DNA of 37,684 nt. It comes from an uncultured Candidatus Saccharibacteria bacterium. Lineage in GTDB: Bacteria; Patescibacteriota; Minisyncoccia; Phycocordibacterales; WO2-35-19. The position numbers were made by a program, and so were the translations under genes. The first letter of the stretch is position 1, and each line of letters opens with the position of its first letter. Under the pieces are notes generated by a model that was not told the DNA's origin, searched no databases, and saw only the letters and a program-made list of their open reading frames with translations. The stretch covers positions 1 to 37,684 of the forward strand of contig CAYICK010000001.1 in the NCBI GenBank assembly GCA_964361905.1. The letters run 5' to 3'. Shown piece by piece: positions 1-7,135 of the stretch.

Positions 1-225
1 ACGAGAGGACCGAGTTGAACTGACCTCTGGTGTACCTGCTGTTTTGCCAAAAGCACCGCAGGGTAGCTAAGTCGGGTTTGGATAACCTCTGAAAGCATAT
101 AAGAGGGAAGCCAGCCCCAAGATTAGGAATCGTTAAGGATCGTGAGAGATGATCACGTGATAGGCGCTAGGTGTAAGGCGAGTAATCGTTTAAGCCGAGG
201 CGTACTAATTTTCCGATTCTATTAG
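1..225 (+). rRNA. rrl: 23S rRNA, 3'-terminal ~225 nt (partial; the rest lies upstream of the window)
   Basis: The window starts inside the sarcin-ricin loop consensus (ACGAGAGGACC at 1-11). Following blocks GGTAGCTAA, CTGAAAGCAT, GATAGGC..GGTGTAAG and CGTACTAAT match domain VI of bacterial 23S. The exact 3' end (about 215-228) cannot be fixed by eye. Confidence 0.9.
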
Positions 226-328
226 GAAATTTGAAAATACACTTTTTCTTTTTAATTTTTTCTCCTGCCACATAAGACTGTTTCTTGTCCCGCGAAGCTT
301 TTAGCGAAGTGGGAGTGCGGTCTTTATT

Positions 329-473
329 GAGGTCACACCCGGTCACGCATAATTTTTTGCTAAAAATTTGCGCGACCTCGCCTCGCACCGTCGTGCTCCG
401 GCCCTGAAATGCTCCAAGTATTCGCATTTCAGCTCATTCCGAACACGGCAGTTCCGAAGTGAAATTTGAAAAT
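329..473 (+). pseudogene. Possible decayed 5S-like fragments inside the 23S-5S spacer
   Basis: GAGGTCACACCCG (329-341) resembles the 5S helix II/loop B consensus. CTCATTCCGAACACGGCAGTT (433-453) is a perfect 21-nt copy of 528-548 of the real 5S and is followed by CCGAAGTGAAA, which is also 5S-like. No 3' half is present. Confidence 0.3.
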
Positions 474-635
474 TAAATAAAGTTGAGCATTTTGTCTTGG
501 TGGTTTAACGTAAGGGAAACACCCGTTCTCATTCCGAACACGGCAGTTAAGCCTTATAGTAGCGATGGTACTCGCAAGGGGAGAGTAGCTAACTGCCAAG
601 ACAAAGCGTTTAACATTTTCAAATTTCTACTTCGG
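454..635 (+). promoter_or_regulatory. Predicted pre-5S processing stem (inverted repeat arms 454-473 and 615-635 enclosing the 5S gene)
   Basis: CCGAAGTGAAATTTGAAAAT (454-473) is complementary to ATTTTCAAATTTCTACTTCGG (615-635) with one bulged base. The arms lie 20 nt upstream and 12 nt downstream of the 5S. Confidence 0.5.
493..603 (+). rRNA. rrf: 5S rRNA
   Basis: Terminal helix TGTCTTGG...CCAAGACA. Internal CACCCGTTCTCATTCCGAACACGGCAGTTAAGCC and GATGGTACT...GAGAGTAG match the bacterial 5S consensus. Length is about 110 nt. Confidence 0.92.
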
Positions 636-645
636 ATTAATTTTC

Positions 646-691
646 CCCCTCACCTTAGATAAGGTGAGGGGCAGTTTCGCTTTAGCGAAAC
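646..691 (+). terminator. Tandem stem-loops downstream of the 5S gene (11-bp stem 646-671; 7-bp stem 674-691), candidate rRNA operon terminator or structured element
   Basis: CCCCTCACCTT-agat-AAGGTGAGGGG, then GTTTCGC-ttta-GCGAAAC. No clear U-tract follows. Confidence 0.4.
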
Positions 692-734
692 GGGGTGGGG
701 TTAGATTAGGACTTCTGGGAAAAAAAGAGCAGAG

Positions 735-743
735 TGATATAAT
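735..743 (+). promoter_or_regulatory. Extended -10 box (TGATATAAT) for the vWA gene
   Basis: Perfect TGnTATAAT. Only 6 nt separate the hexamer from the ATG at 750, which implies a leaderless or near-leaderless mRNA. Confidence 0.35.
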
Positions 744-749
744 TAAATT

Positions 750-2174
750 ATGGATCCGATACCATTGGACAATAGTTGGGCGACGCGCAGAAGGGCGGTC
801 ATTTTGGCGGCGATAGTTTTGGGACTATCGGCTGTTGCTTTTGCCGTATTTTGGAATTTTTGGTATCAAGCTCCGACCTGTTTTGATAAATTAAAAAATG
901 GCGACGAAACCGGTATTGATTGCGGCGGTTCTTGTTCTCTTATTTGCAACGCGGATGTGATTAAGCCTATTGTAAGATGGGACCCGAGAATATTTGAGGT
1001 TAACCCCGGACTTTGGTCGGTTTTGGTTTATGTGGAAAATCCAAATACCAATGCGGACGCGACTTACGCTCCTTACAGCTTTACTATTTATGATGAAAAC
1101 AATGCAGTTTTGGAAAAGATAGAAAAAGCTACTATTTTACCAAGAAACAAAACCGTCGGAATATTTGAAGGAGGGATTGAAGTTAAAGGAGACAAGAAAC
1201 CACGGCGCGCTGTATTTGAACTTGGTGATGGTATTGTTTGGGATAAAAACCAAAAAAAATATGACATAACCATAACCATAACCCATAGCCCACTCCTTCG
1301 ACTGGATAGTACACCCAGAGTAGAAGCCAATGTTAAAAACAACAGCACCGAGGAAATAAAAAACATTGAGCTCGTCATCGCCATATTTGACGGGTCCGAT
1401 AATGCCATTGCCGCATCTAGAACATTTATAGAAAGTTTGAAAAAAAACGAGGATACAAATGTGCTTTTCACGTGGCCCAGAGCCTTCAAACTTGGCTCTA
1501 AAGCTTGCGAAAAATCTTCAAATGTAATGTTGCTTTTGGATAGGTCTGGTTCAATGTCTTCTTTAAATATTAATCCCCCAGAGCCTTTAACTACCGCCAA
1601 AACAGCAGCATCTTCTTTTGTAGAACAACTTGGACCCAGAGACAGAGTTGGTGTGGTTTCTTTTGCAACCAAAGCCAAAGACCCGATAGATTTGAATCTT
1701 ACTTCGGATTTCAATTCGGCCAAGACCGCAATTGATTCTATAAATATTGAAGCCAGCAGTACCCAATACACAAATATTTATGAAGCCCTCCATTCAGCTT
1801 GGCAAGAACTGGGCTCTGCCGGAGTAGATGATGAGTCGTCAAAAATAGTAGTACTTCTTACCGATGGAGTAGCAAATAATCCAAGGGATCCGAAAGGTCA
1901 TACCGAAGCCGATGATATAAAATATGCGGAAAACGCGGCCATTAAAGAATCAGTCAACGCCAAGAGAGACAGTATTTCTATCTACACTATCGGTTTGGGC
2001 AATAAAATAAACGAGCCTTTCCTTAAAACCGTAGCCTCTGGAGATACGAACTATTTCTTCGCGCCGTCTGCCGCAAATTTGGAAGATATCTACAAAAACA
2101 TATCCTCATACATATGTGAGGAAATTCCTGCTAGGATAGAAATAACTTATAAGGTATTTGGCAATGCTATATAA
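750..2174 (+). CDS. Membrane-anchored von Willebrand factor A (vWA) domain protein with an N-terminal Cys-rich module
   Basis: 474-aa ORF with a TM anchor (AVILAAIVLGLSAVAFAVFW) and a CFDKLKNGDETGIDCGGSCSLIC module. The C-terminal vWA fold has the MIDAS motif LLLDRSGSMSS and VVLLTDG. Confidence 0.85.
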   Translation: MDPIPLDNSWATRRRAVILAAIVLGLSAVAFAVFWNFWYQAPTCFDKLKNGDETGIDCGGSCSLICNADVIKPIVRWDPRIFEVNPGLWSVLVYVENPNTNADATYAPYSFTIYDENNAVLEKIEKATILPRNKTVGIFEGGIEVKGDKKPRRAVFELGDGIVWDKNQKKYDITITITHSPLLRLDSTPRVEANVKNNSTEEIKNIELVIAIFDGSDNAIAASRTFIESLKKNEDTNVLFTWPRAFKLGSKACEKSSNVMLLLDRSGSMSSLNINPPEPLTTAKTAASSFVEQLGPRDRVGVVSFATKAKDPIDLNLTSDFNSAKTAIDSINIEASSTQYTNIYEALHSAWQELGSAGVDDESSKIVVLLTDGVANNPRDPKGHTEADDIKYAENAAIKESVNAKRDSISIYTIGLGNKINEPFLKTVASGDTNYFFAPSAANLEDIYKNISSYICEEIPARIEITYKVFGNAI

Positions 2175-3294
2175 AAAACTTATTTATTCCATGGATTGGC
2201 TGCTTTTCGGAGCTGTATTTTTTATATCGGTAGCCGGTATTTTGACAATGAATTCTTTCGCGGAAAAAAATGTTTTTTTCATCAGACAAATAATCTGGCT
2301 CTTAATTTCTATTGGCGCGCTATTTGCAACCAGTCTCGTTGACTGGAGATTTTTACGCCGCAGCAGTTCCATTATTATTCTTTTCTCCGTATCGTCTTTT
2401 TTGCTTTTATTTTTGTTCATAGCGGGTTCGGTATTTAAAGGGGCCCAAAGTTGGTTTAATCTGGGAGCTTTTGCTTTCCAGCCGGTAGATTTTGTTAAAT
2501 TGGTTTTGGTTATTTTACTCGCCAAATATTTTTCCAGACGTCATATAGAAATCGCCAATGTCAGACATATTTTAACTTCCGGTTTTTACACTTTTATACT
2601 TTTTATTTTGGTATTCCTCCAGCCGGATTTTGGTTCGGCTATTATTATTTTCCTCATTTGGTTTTCAATGGTTTTAATTTCCGGCATTTCAAAAAAACAT
2701 TTATTGGTAGTATTCCTGACCGGTCTCGTGGCTTTCGGAGGACTTTGGTTTTTGGTTTTTAAAGATTATCAAAAGACCAGAATTATCTCTTTCATCCATC
2801 CTTTAACCGACCTTACCGGTAGCGGTTACAATGCTTACCAATCAACCATCGCCGTAGGTTCCGGAGAAATTTTCGGTAAAGGAGTAGGGCTCGGCAGTCA
2901 GTCCAAATTGAAATTCTTACCCGAATACGAAACCGATTTTATTTTTGCCGCTTTTAGCGAAGAATGGGGTTTTGTCGGAGTGGTTGTTATTTTTGGTTTA
3001 TATGGGCTGGTTTTTTGGAGAATCATTTCCATATCAAAAAGAGGAGCGACTAACTTTGAAACTTTGTACGGTTTAGGTCTCTTCTCGATATTCCTATCAC
3101 ACTTTGTCATTCATGTCGGTATGAATATCGGTCTCTTACCGGTTACCGGTATCACCATGCCGTTTATGAGTTATGGCGGAAGCCATATGCTGGCGGAATT
3201 TCTCGGCCTTGGTATTCTTATGGGCCAGCGGTCATATGCCAGAGCGACAAACAAAATTGACACCAAAAATGAGATTATCGGTATAACCGAGTAG
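2164..3294 (+). CDS. rodA: SEDS-family peptidoglycan glycosyltransferase, RodA-like (FtsW/RodA/SpoVE family)
   Basis: Motifs QPDFGSAIIIF, GYNAYQSTIAVGSGEIFGKGVGLGSQSKLKFLPEYETDFIFAAFSEEWGF and MPFMSYGGSH; multi-TM. The ORF opens at TTG 2158, but ATG 2164 is preferred. It overlaps the vWA stop codon. Confidence 0.88.
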   Translation: MLYKKLIYSMDWLLFGAVFFISVAGILTMNSFAEKNVFFIRQIIWLLISIGALFATSLVDWRFLRRSSSIIILFSVSSFLLLFLFIAGSVFKGAQSWFNLGAFAFQPVDFVKLVLVILLAKYFSRRHIEIANVRHILTSGFYTFILFILVFLQPDFGSAIIIFLIWFSMVLISGISKKHLLVVFLTGLVAFGGLWFLVFKDYQKTRIISFIHPLTDLTGSGYNAYQSTIAVGSGEIFGKGVGLGSQSKLKFLPEYETDFIFAAFSEEWGFVGVVVIFGLYGLVFWRIISISKRGATNFETLYGLGLFSIFLSHFVIHVGMNIGLLPVTGITMPFMSYGGSHMLAEFLGLGILMGQRSYARATNKIDTKNEIIGITE

Positions 3295-4399
3295 TCTCTT
3301 CAAGCATTGTGTTCAGAGAGAAAAAGTTTGTCACTGTCTTTTTTATTTCGTTTCCAAATTCTTTTTGTTTTTCTGGATGGCTCAATAAATATAAAATTGC
3401 TTCGGCTATTTCTTTGGGATTTTGGGGGTGTATCAAAATGCCGTTTTGCATATCGTGAATTATTTCCGGTATACCACCGACACTGGTCGCTATGATTGGT
3501 GAACCTGCCATACCGGCTTCAAGTATTGCATAAGGGAAAGCTTCGGTGCGGGAGGGAAGCAAAAATATGTCGCAATCCGATAAAAGTTTTTTGGCATCCG
3601 GCACAAATCCCAAAAATCTGACCAAATTTTCAATTTGCAATTCTTTAGCCATTTTTTCCAAACCTGCTCTTTCTTCGCCATCGCCGGCTACAGCGTAAAT
3701 TATTTTTTCTCGGATTTCTTTCGGTAAAAGAGAGATGGCTTTTAAAGCCACATCAATGCCTTTATTTTTATGAAGTTCTGAAATGGAAAAAATTCTGGTT
3801 TTATCTGACGCTTCTCTTGGTGCTAAATCAAATTTTCCTATGCCGTTATAAACCACTTTTATTTTTTCTTTTATAAACGGCAGCCAGTCTATATCTTTTT
3901 TGGCTTTTTCCGATACTGCAATAGTGGTGTTGCATAATAAAATAGTCAACCAATGTAAAAATAAAATAAGATTTTTTTGTAAAAAATTTCTGTTTTCGTT
4001 AAAAGCCCAGCCATGCCCGGTGAAAATTATTTTTGGCACTTTACAAATTCTGCCAGCCAGGCTGCCCAACCCGCCTATTTTGGAACTGTTCAAATGGATG
4101 ATATCGGGTTTTTCTTGTTTAATTATTTTTATTAAATTTTTGAAAACCGTGAAATCTTTAAAAGTTTTTATGTCTCTGTCCAGACTTTCTATTTCTATTG
4201 TCCTAATCTTTGCCTGCCCGACTGCGTCATGCGGGCGGGCTTCTTTTAATCTTTCAATTAACAATCCTCCCTGGCCACAAGCTACTGTAACTTCAAATTT
4301 GTCTTTAGGTAGGGAAGTTGCGAGGTCGTAAACATACCTCTGAGCGCCGCCGAAGTTGCCTTTGGTTATTAAAAATAAGATTTTCTTTTTGTCCGGCAT
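3275..4399 (-). CDS. GT-B fold glycosyltransferase, family 4-like
   Basis: 374 aa. N-terminal KILFLITKGNFGGAQRYV and C-terminal SRTEAFPYAILEAGMAGSPIIATSVGGIPEII. The 3' end overlaps the rodA 3' end by 20 nt (convergent). Confidence 0.85.
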   Translation of the reverse strand: MPDKKKILFLITKGNFGGAQRYVYDLATSLPKDKFEVTVACGQGGLLIERLKEARPHDAVGQAKIRTIEIESLDRDIKTFKDFTVFKNLIKIIKQEKPDIIHLNSSKIGGLGSLAGRICKVPKIIFTGHGWAFNENRNFLQKNLILFLHWLTILLCNTTIAVSEKAKKDIDWLPFIKEKIKVVYNGIGKFDLAPREASDKTRIFSISELHKNKGIDVALKAISLLPKEIREKIIYAVAGDGEERAGLEKMAKELQIENLVRFLGFVPDAKKLLSDCDIFLLPSRTEAFPYAILEAGMAGSPIIATSVGGIPEIIHDMQNGILIHPQNPKEIAEAILYLLSHPEKQKEFGNEIKKTVTNFFSLNTMLEETTRLYR

Positions 4400-4422
4400 A
4401 TAATAAAGAATTCTTGCATAAA

Positions 4423-4451
4423 TTGATTAAAATTGCCAGTTGTTGTATTAT
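4423..4451 (+). promoter_or_regulatory. Candidate promoter (TTGATT -17 bp- TATTAT) for the sugar transferase gene
   Basis: Hexamers at 4423-4428 and 4446-4451. The ATG at 4463 lies 11 nt after the -10 box. Confidence 0.3.
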
Positions 4452-4462
4452 ACTCCTTTGAT

Positions 4463-5800
4463 ATGACCATATCGGGCAAAAAGGAAACCGCAGCGCTTTT
4501 TTTTGGCGATATCGCTATTTTGTATTTTTCTCTTTGGTCGGCTTTAACCTTGAGAGAGTGGAGGATTCCTTCGGGAGAAACTTGGGGACTGCACTTTTGG
4601 CCCTTCACTATAATCATAGGCGTCTGGGTTTTGGTGTTTTTTATATCCGGGCTTTATGAAAAGCATACTCTTATATTAAAAAGCCGTTTGCCTTCCACTG
4701 TTTTCAATGCTCAAATCGCCAATAGTTTTATTGCGGTTCTCTTCTTTTATTTTATTCCTTATTTTGGCATTACTCCCAAAACCAACCTTTTTATTTATTT
4801 AGTTATCTCTTTCGCTCTGGTTCTTCTTTGGAGAATATATGGCGACAGAGTTTTACATCCACTGGTCAAACAAAAAGGCATAATTGTTGGAAGCGGGGAA
4901 GAGATGAAAGAGCTTTTGGAAGAAGTAAACAACAATCCCAAATATGGACTCATGTTTATTTCCTCGGTAGACCTTAATCGTGTCGCCGGTCTGGATTTTC
5001 AAGAAGAAATTTTGTCCCGGATTTATTCCGAAGAAGTGCAGATTATTGCCATTGATTTGAAAAATGAAAAAGTGGAACCCATATTACCGCATCTCTACAA
5101 TCTCATTTTTTCTCGGGTGAAGTTTATAGACATGTATAAAATTTACGAAGATATTTTTGACCGGGTGCCGCTTTCTTTGGTTCGTTACAATTGGTTTTTA
5201 GAAAATATTTCGACAGAATCTCGAACGGCCTATGATTTTGTAAAACGCATCATGGATATAGTATTGTCTTTTATCGGAGGCGTGATTTCTCTGGTTTTTT
5301 ATCCTTTTGTTTTTTTGGCAATCAAATTTGATGATAAAGGAAGTATATTTTTTGAACAAGAAAGAGTAGGAAAAAATAATAAAATAATAAAAGTAAAAAA
5401 ATTCAGAACAATGGAAGATACCAATGCTCCAGCTTTCAATAAAAAAATAACCAAAATTGGTAAATGGCTCAGAAAATTAAGAATAGACGAACTACCTCAG
5501 CTTTGGAGTGTTTTTAACGGTGATATGTCTATGATAGGCCCTCGGCCTGAAATTCCTGTTTTAGTGAAAAATTATGAAGCAAAAATTCCGTATTATAATA
5601 TTCGCCATCTCATAAAACCCGGACTTTCGGGTTGGGCACAACTTTACCACACCAACCCACCAAAAATGGTAGCTGATAATGATAAAACTCGCCGTAAACT
5701 TTCTTACGACCTCTATTACATCAAAAATCGCTCTTTCATGCTTGATTTGAAAATCGCGCTGAAGACTATCAAGGCGTTGTTGAGTAGAAGTGGGGTCTAA
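4463..5800 (+). CDS. Polyprenyl-phosphate hexose-1-phosphate transferase (WbaP-like 'bacterial sugar transferase', glycan initiation)
   Basis: N-terminal TM bundle and a C-terminal catalytic domain with KKFRTM, DELPQLWSVFNGDMSMIGPRPE and SGWAQ. The ORF opens at TTG 4433, but ATG 4463 (MTISGKK) is preferred. Confidence 0.88.
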   Translation: MTISGKKETAALFFGDIAILYFSLWSALTLREWRIPSGETWGLHFWPFTIIIGVWVLVFFISGLYEKHTLILKSRLPSTVFNAQIANSFIAVLFFYFIPYFGITPKTNLFIYLVISFALVLLWRIYGDRVLHPLVKQKGIIVGSGEEMKELLEEVNNNPKYGLMFISSVDLNRVAGLDFQEEILSRIYSEEVQIIAIDLKNEKVEPILPHLYNLIFSRVKFIDMYKIYEDIFDRVPLSLVRYNWFLENISTESRTAYDFVKRIMDIVLSFIGGVISLVFYPFVFLAIKFDDKGSIFFEQERVGKNNKIIKVKKFRTMEDTNAPAFNKKITKIGKWLRKLRIDELPQLWSVFNGDMSMIGPRPEIPVLVKNYEAKIPYYNIRHLIKPGLSGWAQLYHTNPPKMVADNDKTRRKLSYDLYYIKNRSFMLDLKIALKTIKALLSRSGV

Positions 5801-5829
5801 TTGCAGAAATCCCTTAAATTAGCTATTAT
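5801..5829 (+). promoter_or_regulatory. Candidate sigma70-type promoter for secD (TTGCAG -17 bp- TATTAT)
   Basis: Hexamers at 5801-5806 and 5824-5829 with exact 17-bp spacing. The ATG at 5838 lies 8 nt after the -10 box. Confidence 0.45.
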
Positions 5830-5837
5830 CTACGGGT

Positions 5838-7133
5838 ATGGCGAAATACAAATTTTGGGCGATTATAATAGTGGCGGCGGGTATAGCTCTGGGTTTTTTT
5901 GTATGGAACAGCCAACAACCTGATTCTCAGCATAAATTCAAACTCGGACTTGACCTTTCCGGCGGGGCGCATCTGGTTTATAAAGCCGATACTTCTCAAA
6001 TTCAAGGCGGTGATATTTCTTCGGCCATGCAGTCTCTGAAAGATGTCATAGAAAGGCGCATAAATATTTTCGGAGTTTCCGAACCGATTGTTCAAGTGGA
6101 ACAAGGCGGTGTTTTCGGCACAACCAATACCGAGCAGAGGCTCATCGTGGAATTGCCCGGAGTGACCGATATAAATCAAGCTATAAAAAGCATAGGCGCG
6201 ACTCCGGTCTTGGAGTTTAAACTTCTATCCAAGGATGCTCAAGACAAAATAAAAGCCGGCGTGGCGAGCAAAGATGTTTTAGGCACACCGGGCGTATTTA
6301 TAGACACCGGACTTACCGGCAGAATGTTGCAGAATGCTAATATTCAGTTTGACCAAAATTTAGGCAATAAGCCGATTATCGGCCTGAAGTTTAATAACGA
6401 GGGTTCGGACCTTTTTGCCAAAATCACCAAAGAAAATGTAGGCGCCGTTTTGGGTATTTTCTTGGACGGTAAACTTATAGAAGCACCCTCCATCAGAGAA
6501 CAAATAACCGGCGGTCAGGCGGTCATTACCGGAGATTTCACTTCGGATTCCGCCAAGCAAATAGTGCGCGATTTAAATTATGGCGCGCTACCTATGCCGA
6601 TTAATCTGGTAAGCACTGAAACTATCGGCGCCACTTTGGGAGACCAGGCAGTCACTGCATCAGTCAAAGCCGGTATGTATGCTTTTTTGGTGGTAGCCTT
6701 GTTCCTAATGGCCTGGTATCGTTTCAAGGGGCTGGTAGCGGTTCTGGCTCTGGCTATTTACACCACCATAAACTTGGTCTTGTTTCAGTTAATACCGGTG
6801 ACACTAACCGCTGCCGGCATTGCCGGATTCATTCTCTCTATCGGTATGGCGGTGGATGCGAACATTTTAATTTTTGAAAGGACCAAAGAAGAATTGAAAA
6901 GAGGCAAGAGTAAAAATGACGCTTTGAAAGAAGGTTTCCATAGAGCTTGGAGTTCTATTCGCGATTCTAATTCTTCAAGTATTATTACCGCAATCATTTT
7001 GTATTACTTCGCCTCCACGCCGGTTATCAAAGGTTTTGCGCTGGTTTTCCTTATAGGCGTTTTGGTTTCCATGTTTAGCGCCGTGACTGCTTCAAGGACA
7101 ATATTATTTGCGGTTAGTAAAGAAGAAAAATAA
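5838..7133 (+). CDS. secD: Protein translocase subunit SecD
   Basis: 431 aa with an N-terminal TM. Motifs LGLDLSGGAHLVY and SIGMAVDANILIFERTKEE, followed by a C-terminal 5-6 TM bundle. It sits immediately before secF. Confidence 0.93.
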   Translation: MAKYKFWAIIIVAAGIALGFFVWNSQQPDSQHKFKLGLDLSGGAHLVYKADTSQIQGGDISSAMQSLKDVIERRINIFGVSEPIVQVEQGGVFGTTNTEQRLIVELPGVTDINQAIKSIGATPVLEFKLLSKDAQDKIKAGVASKDVLGTPGVFIDTGLTGRMLQNANIQFDQNLGNKPIIGLKFNNEGSDLFAKITKENVGAVLGIFLDGKLIEAPSIREQITGGQAVITGDFTSDSAKQIVRDLNYGALPMPINLVSTETIGATLGDQAVTASVKAGMYAFLVVALFLMAWYRFKGLVAVLALAIYTTINLVLFQLIPVTLTAAGIAGFILSIGMAVDANILIFERTKEELKRGKSKNDALKEGFHRAWSSIRDSNSSSIITAIILYYFASTPVIKGFALVFLIGVLVSMFSAVTASRTILFAVSKEEK

Positions 7134-7135
7134 AT

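Noticed and set aside
167-427. 86-aa minus-strand ORF from the ORF track
   Set aside because: It lies on top of the 23S rRNA 3' end and the 23S-5S spacer. It has no coding features and is most likely a chance ORF in rRNA-operon DNA.
603-749. tRNA gene downstream of the 5S gene (common in rRNA operons)
   Set aside because: The region contains only the two hairpins and a promoter-like box. I could identify no cloverleaf, T-loop (GTTCGAATC-like) or acceptor-stem pairing.
1265-1282. In-frame short tandem repeats: CATAAC x3 (1265-1282, encoding ITITIT) and AGTAGCAAG x3 (10954-10983)
   Set aside because: These are multiples of 3 with low copy number and lie within low-complexity protein segments. 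They have no frameshift potential, so I treat them as ordinary compositional repeats. The second is mentioned only as part of the disordered tail.
1088-1771. 227-aa minus-strand ORF (and the nested 68-aa ORF at 1587-1793)
   Set aside because: It is antisense to the vWA gene, whose sense frame carries a clear MIDAS motif. The antisense product is low-complexity Ser/Leu-rich with no motif, so it is a typical shadow ORF.
3900-4331. 143-aa plus-strand ORF inside the GT4 gene; similar cases at 30173-30655, 16217-16624, 28806-29192, 36822-37157 and 37154-37408
   Set aside because: All are antisense or out-of-frame shadows of genes with strong family motifs. None has a motif or sensible start context of its own.
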